Of a stretch of DNA of 64,000 bases, positions 1 through 11,900 are shown in pieces. Location: the NCBI RefSeq assembly GCF_009914755.1, contig NC_060925.1. One strand, 5' to 3'. The notes below the pieces were generated by a model that did not search any database, had not been told where the DNA came from, and saw only the letters and a program-made list of their open reading frames with translations. The translations under genes and the position numbers were made by a program. How positions within the stretch are numbered: position 1 is the stretch's first letter; every line of letters starts with the position of its first letter. The stretch is from the human T2T-CHM13v2.0 reference genome, Homo sapiens.

Positions 1-433
1 CATGGAATCATCATAAAATGGAATCGAATGGAATCAACATCAAATGGAATCAAATGGAATCATTGAACGGAATTGAATGGAATCGTCATCGAATGAATTG
101 AATGCAATCATCGAATGGTCTCGAATGGAATCATCTTCAAATGGAATGGAATGGAATTATCGAATGCAATCGAATGGAATTATCGAATGCAATCGAATGG
201 AATTATCGAATGCAATCGAATAGAATCATCAAATGGACTCGAATGGAATCATCGAATGGAATGGAATGGAACAGTCAATGAACTCGAATGGAATCATCAT
301 TGAATGGAATCGAAAGGAATCATCGAGTGGAATCGAATGGAATTATGATCAAATGGAATCGAATGTAATCATCATCAAATGGAATCAAAAATAACCATCA
401 TCAATTGGTATTGAATGGAATTGTCATCAAATG

Positions 434-1741
434 GAATTCAAAGGAAACATCATAAAATGGAACCGAATGGAATCCTCATTGAATGGAAATGAAAGGCGTC
501 ATCATCTAATGGAATCGCATGGAATCATCATCAAATGGAATCGAATGGAATCATCATCAAATGGAATATGATGGAATCATTGAACAGAATTGTATGGAAT
601 CGTCATCGAATGAATTGAATGCAATCATCGAATGGTCTTGAATGGAATCATCATCTAATGGAAAGGAATGGAATCATCGCATAGAATCGAATGCAATTAT
701 CATCGAATGGAATCGAATGGAATCAACATCAAACGGAAAAAAACGGAATTATCGAATGGAATCGAAGAGAATCATCGAATGGACCCGAATGGAATCATCT
801 AATGGAATGGAATGGAATAATCCATGGACTCGAATGCAATCATCATCGAATGGAATCCAATGGAATCATCGAATGTACTCGAATGGAATAATCATTGAAC
901 GGAATCGAATGGAATCATCATCGGATGGAAATGAATGGAATCATCATCGAATGGAATCGAATAGAATTATGGAATGAAATCCAGTGTGATCATCATCGAA
1001 TGGACCCGAATGGAATCATCATCCAACGGAAGCTTATGGAATCAACATCGAATGAATCAAATGGAAACACCATCGAATTGAAACGAATGGAATTATCATG
1101 AAATTGAAATGGATGGACTCATCATCGAATGGATTCGAATGGATTCACCGAATAAAATTGATTGAAATCATCATCAAATGGAATCCAATGGTATCATTGA
1201 ATGGAATCGAATGGAATCATCATCAGATGGAAATTAATGGAATCGTCATAGAATGGAATTGAATGGATTCATTGAATGGAATCAGATGGAATCATCGAAT
1301 GGACTGGAATGGAATCATTGAATGGACTCGAAAGGGATCATTATTGAATGGAATTGAATGGAATCATCTTATGGTCTCGATTGGAATCATTATCAAATGG
1401 AATCGAATGGAATCACCGAATAGAATCGAATGGAACAATCATCGAATGGACTCAAATGAAATTATCCTCAAATGGAATCGAATGGAATTATCGAATGCAA
1501 TCGAATGGAATTATCGAATGCAATCGAATAGAATCATCGAATGGACTCGAATGGAATCATCGAATGGAATGGAATGGAAAAGTCAATGAACACGAATGGA
1601 ATCATCACTGAATGGAATCGAATGGAATCATCGAGTGGAATCGAATGGAATTATGATCAAATGGAATCGAATGTAATCCTCATCAAATGGAATCAAAAAT
1701 AACCATCATCAATTGGTATTGAATGGAATTGTCATCAAATG
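434..1741 (+). repeat. 1,308-bp variant unit (only one 468-bp module)
   Basis: EcoRI sites at 434 and 1742 are 1308 bp apart (1776-468). The same single-module structure occurs near 13149 (1306 bp with small indels), 22653, 29317 and 43398. Confidence 0.88.
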
Positions 1742-3517
1742 GAATTCAAAGGAATCATCATCAAATGGAACTGAATGGAATCCTCATTGAATGGAAATGA
1801 AAGGGGTCATCATCTAATGGAATCGCATGGAATAATCATCAAATGGAATCGAATGGAATCATCATCAAATGGAATCTAATGGAAACATTGAACAGAATTG
1901 AATGGAATCGTCGTCGAAAGAATTGAATGCAATCATCGAATGGTCTCGAATGGAATCATATTGTAATGGAAACAAATGGAATCATCGCATAGAATCGAAT
2001 GGAATTATCATCGAATGGAATCGAATGGTATCAACATCAAACGGAAAAAAACGGAATTATCGAATGGAATCGAAGAGAATCTTCGAACGGACCCGAATAG
2101 AATCATCTAATGGAATGGAATGGAATAATCCATGGACTCGAATGCAATCATCATCGAATGGAATCGAATGGAATCATCGAATGGACTCGAATGGAATAAT
2201 CATTGAACGGAATCGAATGGAATCATCTTCGGATGGAAACGAATGGAATCATCATCGAATGGAAATGAGAGGAGTCATCATCTAATGGAATTGCATGGAA
2301 TCATCATAAAATGGAATCGAATGGAATCAACATCAAATGGAATCAAATGGAATCATTGAACGGAATTGAATGGAATGGTCATCGAATGAATTGAATGCAA
2401 TAATCGAATGGTCTCGAATGGAATCATCTTCAAATGGAATGGAATGGAATCATCGCATAGAATCGAATGGAATTATCATCGAATGGAATCGAATGGAATC
2501 AACATCAAACGGAAAAAAACGGAATTATCGAATGTAATCGAAGAGAATCATCGAATGGACCCGAATGGAATCGTCTAATGGAATGGAATGGAATAATCCG
2601 TGGACTCGAATGCAATCATCATCAAATGGAATCGAATGGAATCATCGAATGGACTCGAATGGAATAATCATTGAACGGAATCGAATGGAATCATCATCGG
2701 TTGGAAATGAATGGAATCATCATCGAATGGAATCGAATAGAATTATGGAATGAAATCCAGTGTGATCATCATCGAATGGACCCGAATGGAATCATCATCC
2801 AACGGAAGCTAATGGAATCAACATCGAATGAATCGAATGGAAACACCATCGAATTGAAACGAATGGAATTATCATGAAATTGAAATGGATGGACTCATCA
2901 TCGAATGGTTTCGAATGGAATCATCGAATAAAATTGATTGAAATCATCATCAAATGGAATCGAATGGTATCATTGAATGGAATCGAATGGAATCATCATC
3001 AGATGGAAATGAATGGAATCGTCATAGAATGGAATCGAATGGATTCATTGAATGGAATCAGATGGAATCATCGAATGGACTGGAATGGAATCATTGAATG
3101 GACTTGAAAGGGATCATGATTGAATGGAATTGAATGGAATCATGCAATGGTCTCGATTGGAATCATTATCGAATGGAATCGAATGGAATCACCGAATAGA
3201 ACCGAATGGAACAATCATCGAATGGACTCAAATGGAATTATCATCAAATGGAATGGAATGGAATTATCGAATGCAATCGAATGGAATTATCGAATGCAAT
3301 CGAATAGAATCATTGAATGGACTCGAATGGAATCATCGAATGGAATGGAATGGAACAGTCAATGAACTCGAATGGAATCATCACTGAATGTAATCGAATG
3401 GAATCATCGAGAGGAATCGAATGGAATTATGATCAAATGGAATCGAATATAATCATCATCAAATGGAATCAAAAATAACCATCATCAATTGGTATTGAAT
3501 GGAATTGTCATCAAATG
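1742..3517 (+). repeat. Representative 1,776-bp higher-order unit (EcoRI to EcoRI); matches the 1.77-kb satellite 2 unit known from human 1q12
   Basis: GAATTC at 1742 and 3518, 1776 bp apart. The landmark ATGAAATTGAAATGGATGGAC recurs exactly 1776 bp apart at 1098/2874, 13653/15429, 29821/31597/33373, 35140/36916/38692, 45825/47601/49377, 55055/56831 and 59669/61445/63221. The 1q12 assignment rests on established knowledge of the pUC1.77 EcoRI fragment. Confidence 0.9.
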
Positions 3518-4148
3518 GAATTCAAAGGAATCATCATCAAATGGAACCGAATGGAATCCTCATTGAATGGAAATGAAAGGGATCATCATCTAATGGAATC
3601 GCATGGAATCATCATCAAATGGAATCGAATGGAATCATCATCAAATGGAATCTGATGGAATCATTGAACAGAATTGAATGGAATCGTCATCGAATGAATT
3701 GAATGCAATCATCGAATGGTCTCGAATGGAATCATCTTCTAATGGAAAGGAATGGAATCATCGCATAGAATCGAATGGAATTATCATCGAATGGAATCGA
3801 ATGGCATCAACACCAAACGGAAAAAAACGGAATTATCGAATGGAATCGAAGAGAATCTTTGAACGGACCCGAATGGAATCATCTAATGGAATGGAATGGA
3901 ATAATCCATGGACTCGAATGCAATCATCATCGAATGGAATCGAATGTAATCACCGAATAGAATCGAATGGAACAATCATCGAATGGACTCAAATGGAATT
4001 ATCCTCAAATGGAATCGAATGGAATTATCGAATGCAATCGAATGGAATTATCGAATGCAATCGAATAGAATCATCGAATGGACTCGAATGGAATCATCGA
4101 ATGGAATGGAATGGAACAGTCAATGAACTCGAATGGAATCATCATTGA
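3388..4148 (+). repeat. 761-bp deletion-variant unit (1015 bp missing); 4 junction copies, all in the left domain
   Basis: The NELEWNHH landmark is 761 bp apart at 3387/4148, 5924/6685 and 10324/11085. The same fusion ORF (156 aa) starts at 3678, 6215, 7600 and 10615. Confidence 0.88.
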
Positions 4149-6180
4149 ATGGAATCGAATGGAATCATCGAGTGGAATCGAATGGAATTATGATCAAATG
4201 GAATCGAATGTAATCATCATCAAATGGAATCAAAAATAACCATCATCAATTGGTATTGAATGGAATTCTCATCAAATGGAATTCAAAGGAAACATCATAA
4301 AATGGATCCGAATGGAATCCTCATTGAATGGAAATGAAAGGGGTCATCATCTAATGGAATCGCATGGAATCATCATCAAATGGAATCGAATGGAATCATC
4401 ATCAAATGGAATCTGATGGAATCATTGAACAGAATTGAATGGAATCGTCATCGAATGAATTGAATGCAATCATCGAATGGTCTCGAATGGAATCATCTTC
4501 TAATGGAAAGGAATGGAATCATCGCATAGAATCGAATGGAATTAACATTGAATGGACTCGAATGGAATCAACATCAAACGGAATCAAGAGGAATTATCGA
4601 ATGGAATCGAAGAGAATCATCGAATGGACTCGAATGGAATAATCTAATGGAATTGAATGGAATAATCCACGGACTCGAATGCAGTCATCATCGTATAGAA
4701 ATCGAATGGAATCATCGAATGGACTCGAATGGAATAATCACTGAACGGAATCGAATGGAATCATCATCGGATGGAAACGAATGGAATCATCATCGAATGG
4801 AAATGAAGGAGTCATCATCTAATGGAATTGCATGGAATCATCATAAAATGAAATCGAATGGAATCAACATCAAATGGAATCAAATGGAATCATTGAACGG
4901 AATTGAATAGAATCGTCATCGAATGAATTGAATGCAATCATCGAATGGTCTCGAATGGAATCAACTTCAAATGGAATGGAATGGAATCATCGCATAGAAT
5001 CGAATGGAATTATCATCGAATGGAATCGAATGGAATCAACATCAAACGGAAAAAACCGGAATTATCGAATGGAATCGAAGAGAATCATCGAATGGACCCG
5101 AATGGAATCATCTAATGGAATGGAATGGAATAAACCATGGACTCGAATGCAATCATCATCGAATGGAATCGAATGGAATCATCGAATGGACTCGAATGGA
5201 ATAATCATTGAACGGAATCGAATGGAATCATCATCGGATGGAAATGAATGGAATCATCATCGAATGGAATCGAATAGAATTGTGGAATGAAATCCAGTGT
5301 GATCATCATCGAATGGACCCGAATGGAATCATCATCCAACGGAAGCTAATGGAATCAACATCGAATGAATCGAATGGAAACACCATCGAATTGAAACGAG
5401 TGGAATTATCATGAAATTGAAATGGATGGACTCATCATCGAATGGATTCGAATGGAATCATCGAATAAAATTGATTGAAATCATCATCAAATGGAATCGA
5501 ATGGTATCATTGAATGGAATCGAATGGAATCATCATCAGATGGAAATGAATGGAATCGTCATAGAATGGAATCGAATGGATTCATTGAATGGAATCAGAT
5601 GCAATCATCGAATGGACTGGAATGGAATCATTGAATGGACTCGAAAGGGATCATTATTCAATGGAATTGAATGGAATCATCGAATGGTCTCGATTGGAAT
5701 CATTATCGAATGGAATCGAATGGAATCACCGAATAGAATCGAATGGAACAATCATCGAATGGACTCAAATGGAATTATCATCAAATGGAATGGAATGGAA
5801 TTATCGAATGCAATCGAATGGAATTATCGAATGCAATCGAATAGAATCATTGAATGGACTCGAATGGAATCATCGAATGGAATGGAATGGAACAGTCAAT
5901 GAACTCGAATGGAATCATCACTGAATGTAATCGAATGGAATCATCGAGAGGAATCGAATGGAATTATGATCAAATGGAATCGAATGTAATCATCATCAAA
6001 TGGAATCAAAAATAACCATCATCAATTGGTATTGAATGGAATTGTCATCAAATGGAATTCAAAGGAATCATCATCAAATGGAACGGAATGGAATCCTCAT
6101 TGAATGGAAATGAAAGGGGTCATCATCTAATGGAATCGCATGGAATCATCATCAAATGGAATCGAATGGAATCATCATCA

Positions 6181-8950
6181 AATGGAATCTGATGGAATCA
6201 TTGAACAGAATTGAATGGAATCGTCATCGAATGAATTGAATGCAATCATCGAATGGTCTCGAATGGAATCATCTTCTAATGGAAAGGAATGGAATCATCG
6301 CATAGAATCGAATGGAATTATCATCGAATGGAATCGAATGGCATCAACACCAAACGGAAAAAAACGGAATTATCGAATGGAATCGAAGAGAATCTTTGAA
6401 CGGACCCGAATGGAATCATCTAATGGAATGGAATGGAATAATCCATGGACTCGAATGCAATCATCATCGAATGGAATCGAATGGAATCACCGAATAGAAT
6501 CGAATGGAACAATCATCGAATGGACTCAAATGGAATTATCCTCAAATGGAATCGAATGGAATTATCGAATGCAATCGAATGGAATTATCGAATGCAATCG
6601 AATAGAATCATCGAATGGACTCGAATGGAATCATCGAATGGAATGGAATGGAACAGTCAATGAACTCGAATGGAATCATCATTGAATGGAATCGAATGGA
6701 ATCATCGAGTGGAATCGAATGGAATTATGATCAAATGGAATCGAATGTAATCATCATCAAATGCAATCAAAAATAACCATCATCAATTCGTATTGAATGG
6801 AAATGTCATCAAATGGAATTCAAAGGAAACATCATCAAATGGAACCGAATGGAATCCTCATTGAATGGAAATGAAAGGGGTCATCATCTAATGGAATCGC
6901 ATGGAATCATCATCAAATGGAATCGAATGGAATCATCATCAAATGGAATCTGATGGAATCATTGAACAGAATTGAATGGAATCGTCATCGAATGAATTGA
7001 ATGCAATCATCGAATGGTCTTGAATGGAATCATCTTCTAATGGAAAGGAATGGAATCATCGCATAGAATCGAATGGAATTATCATCGAATGGAATCGAAT
7101 GGTATCAACACCAAACGGAAAAAAACGGAATTATCGAATGGAATCGAAGAGAATCTTCGAACAGACCCGAATGGACTCGAATGGAATCATCTAATGGAAT
7201 GGAATGGAATAATCCATGGACCCGAATGCAATCATCGTCGTATAAAATCGAATGCAATCATCGAATGGACTCGAATGGAATAATCATTGAACGGAATCGA
7301 ATGGAATCATCATCAGATGGAAACGAATGGAATCATCATCGAATGGAAATGAAAGGAGTCATCATCTAATGGAATTGCATGGAATCATCATAAAATGGAA
7401 TCGAATGGAATCAACATCAAATGGAATCAAATGGAATCATTGAACGGAATTGAATGGAATCGTCATCGAATGAATTGAATGCAATCATCGAATGGTCTCG
7501 AATGGAATCATCTTCAAATGGAATGGAATGGAATCATCGCATAGAATCGAATGGAATTATCATCGAATGGAATCTGATGGAATCATTGAACAGAATTGAA
7601 TGGAATCGTCATCGAATGAATTGAATGCAATCATCGAATGGTCTCGAATGGAATCATCTTCTAATGGAAAGGAATGGAATCATCGCATAGAATCGAATGG
7701 AATTATCATCGAATGGAATCGAATGGCATCAACACCAAACGGAAAAAAACGGAATTATCGAATGGAATCGAAGAGAATCTTTGAACGGACCCGAATGGAA
7801 TCATCTAATGGAATGGAATGGAATAATCCATGGACTCGAATGCAATCATCATCGAATGGAATCGAATGGAATCACCGAATAGAATCGAATGGAACAATCA
7901 TCGAATGGACTCAAATGGAATTATCCTCAAATGGAATCGAATGGAATTATCGAATGCAATCGAATGGAATTATCGAATGCAATCGAATAGAATCATCGAA
8001 TGGACTCGAATGGAATCATCGAATGGAATGGAATGGAACAGTCAATGAACTCGAATGGAATCATCATTGAATGGAATCGAATGGAATCATCGAGTGGAAT
8101 CGAATGGAATTATGATCAAATGGAATCGAATGTAATCATCATCAAATGCAATCAAAAATAACCATCATCAATTCGTATTGAATGGAAATGTCATCAAATG
8201 GAATTCAAAGGAAACATCATCAAATGGAACCGAATGGAATCCTCATTGAATGGAAATGAAAGGGGTCATCATCTAATGGAATCGCATGGAATCATCATCA
8301 AATGGAATCGAATGGAATCATCATCAAATGGAATCTGATGGAATCATTGAACAGAATTGAATGGAATCGTCATCGAATGAATTGAATGCAATCATCGAAT
8401 GGTCTTGAATGGAATCATCTTCTAATGGAAAGGAATGGAATCATCGCATAGAATCGAATGGAATTATCATCGAATGGAATCGAATGGTATCAACACCAAA
8501 CGGAAAAAAACGGAATTATCGAATGGAATCGAAGAGAATCTTCGAACAGACCCGAATGGACTCGAATGGAATCATCTAATGGAATGGAATGGAATAATCC
8601 ATGGACCCGAATGCAATCATCGTCGTATAAAATCGAATGCAATCATCGAATGGACTCGAATGGAATAATCATTGAACGGAATCGAATGGAATCATCATCA
8701 GATGGAAACGAATGGAATCATCATCGAATGGAAATGAAAGGAGTCATCATCTAATGGAATTGCATGGAATCATCATAAAATGGAATCGAATGGAATCAAC
8801 ATCAAATGGAATCAAATGGAATCATTGAACGGAATTGAATGGAATCGTCATCGAATGAATTGAATGCAATCATCGAATGGTCTCGAATGGAATCATCTTC
8901 AAATGGAATGGAATGGAATCATCGCATAGAATCGAATGGAATTATCATCG
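6181..8950 (+). repeat. Tandem duplication, 2 x 1,385 bp, apparently identical copies
   Basis: All ORFs from 6215 to 7369 recur at +1385 with identical translations. Rare variants are shared (ATGCAATCAAAA, AATTCGTATT, GGAAATGTC, ACAGACCCGAATGGACTC, CGTCGTATAAAATCG). The junction is at 7566-7574. Confidence 0.9.
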
Positions 8951-11900
8951 AATGGAATCGAATGGTATCAACATCAAACGGAAAAAAACGGAATTATCAA
9001 ATGGAATCGAAGAGAATCATCGAACGGACCCGAATGGAATCATCTAATGGAATGGAATGGAATAATCCATGGACTCGAATGCAATCATCATCCAATGGAA
9101 TCGAATGGAATCATCGAATGGACTCGAATGGAATAATCATTGAACGGAATCGAATGGAATCATCATCGGATGGAAACGAATGGAATCATCATCGAATGGA
9201 AATGAAAGGAGTCATCATCTAATGGAATTGCATGGAATCATCATAAAATGGAATCGAATGGAATCAACATCAAATGGAATCAAATGGAATCATTGAACGG
9301 AATTGAATGGAATCGTCATCGAAAGAATTGAATGCAATCATCGAATGGTCTCGAATGGAATCATCTTCAAATGGAATGGAATGGAATCATCGCATAGAAT
9401 CGAATGGAATTATCATCGAATGGAATCGAATGGAATCAACATCAAACGGAAAAAAACGGAATTATCGAATGGAATCGAAGAGAATCATCGAATGGACCCG
9501 AATGGAATCATCTAATGGAATGGAATGGAATAATCCATGGACTCGAATGCAATCATCATCGAATGGAATCGAATGGAATCATCGAATGGGTTCGAATGGA
9601 ATAATCATTGAACGGAATCGAATGGAATCATCTTCGGATTGAAATGAATGGAAATATCATCGAATGGAATCGAATAGAATTATGGAATGAAATCCAGTGT
9701 GATCATCATCGAATGGACCCGAATGGAATCATCATCCAACGGAAGCTAATGGAATCAACATCGAATGAATCTAATGGAAACACCATCGAATTGAAACGAA
9801 TGGAATTATCATGAAATTGAAATGGATGGACTCATCATCGGATGGATTCGAATGGAATCATCGAATAAAATTGATTGAAATCATCATCAAATGGAATCGA
9901 ATGGTATCATTGAATGGAATCGAATGGAATCATCATCAGATGGAAATGAATGGAATCGTCATAGAATGGAATCGAATGGATTCATTGAATGGAATCAGAT
10001 GGAATCATCGAATGGACTGGAAAGGAATCATTGAATGGACTCGAAAGGGATCATGATTGAATGGAATTGAATGGAATCATGGAATGGTCTCGATTGGAAT
10101 CATTATCGAATGGAATCGAATGGAATCACCGAATAGAATCGAATGGAACAATCATCGAATGGACTCAAATGGAATTATCATCAAATGGAATGGAATGGAA
10201 TTATCGAATGCAATCGAATGGAATTATCGAATGCAATCGAATAGAATCATTGAATGGACTCGAATGGAATCATCGAATGGAATGGAGTGGAACAGTCAAT
10301 GAAGTCGAATGGAATCATCACTGAATGTAATCGAATGGAATCATCGAGAGGAATCGAATGGAATTATGATCAAATGGAATCGAATGTAATCATCATCAAA
10401 TGGAATCAAAAATAACCATCATCAATTGGTATTGAATGGAATTGTCATCAAATGGAATTCAAAGGAATCATCATCAAATGGAACCGAATGGAATCCTCAT
10501 TGAATGGAAATGAAAGGGGTCATCATCTAATAGAATCGCATGGAATCATCATCAAATGGAATCGAATGGAATCATCATCAAATGGAATCTGATGGAATCA
10601 TTGAACAGAATTGAATGGAATCGTCATCGAATGAATTGAATGCAATCATCGAATGGTCTCGAATGGAATCATCTTCTAATGGAAAGGAATGGAATCATCG
10701 CATAGAATCGAATGGAATTATCATCGAATGGAATCGAATGGCATCAACACCAAACGGAAAAAAACGGAATTATCGAATGGAATCGAAGAGAATCTTTGAA
10801 CGGACCCGAATGGAATCATCTAATGGAATGGAATGGAATAATCCATGGACTCGAATGCAATCATCATCGAATGGAATCGAATGGAATCACCGAATAGAAT
10901 CGAATGGAACAATCATCGAATGGACTCAAATGGAATTATCCTCAAATGGAATCGAATGGAATTATCGAATGCAATCGAATGGAATTATCGAATGCAATCG
11001 AATAGAATCATCGAATGGGCTCGAATGGAATCATCGAATGGAATGGAATGGAACAGTCAATGAACTCGAATGGAATCATCATTGAATGGAATCGAATGGA
11101 ATCATCGAGTGGAATCGAATGGAATTATGATCAAATGGAATCGAATGTAATCATCATCAAATGGAATCAAAAATAACCATCATCAATTGGTATTGAATGG
11201 AATTGTCATCAAATGGAATTCAAAGGAAACATCATAAAATGGATCCGAATGGAATCCTCATTGAATGGAAATGAAAGGGGTCATCATCTAATGGAATCGT
11301 ATGGAATCATCATCAAATGGAATCGAATGGAATCATCATCAAATGGAATCTGATGGAATCATTGAACAGAATTGAATGGAATCGTCATCGAATGAATTGA
11401 ATGCAATCATCGAATGGTCTCGAATGGAATCATCTTCTAATGGAAAGGAATGGAATCATCGCATAGAATCGAATGGAATTAACATTGAATGGACTCGAAT
11501 GGAATCATCATCAAACGGAATCAAGAGGAATTATCGAATGGAATCGAAGAGAATCATCGAATGGACTCGAATGGAATAATCTAATGGAATTGAATGGAAT
11601 AATCCACGGACTCGAATGCAGTCATCATCGTATAGAATCGAATGGAATCATCGAATGGACTCGAATGGAATAATCACTGAACGGAATCGAATGGAATCAT
11701 CATCGGATGGAAACGAATGGAATCATCATCGAATGGAAATGAAGGAGTCATCATCTAATGGAAGTGCATGGAATCATCATAAAATGGAATCGAATGGAAT
11801 CAACATCAAATGTAATCAAATGGAATCATTGAACGGAATTGAATAGAATCGTCATCGAATGAATTGAATGCAATCATCGAATGGTCTCGAATGGAATCAA

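Noticed and set aside
731-750. GGAAAAAAACGG A-tract or AATAAA (in CGAATAAAATTG) as a retroelement tail, terminator or polyadenylation signal
   Set aside because: These are short, fixed parts of the satellite unit with no target-site duplication or element body. Function cannot be supported from the sequence alone.
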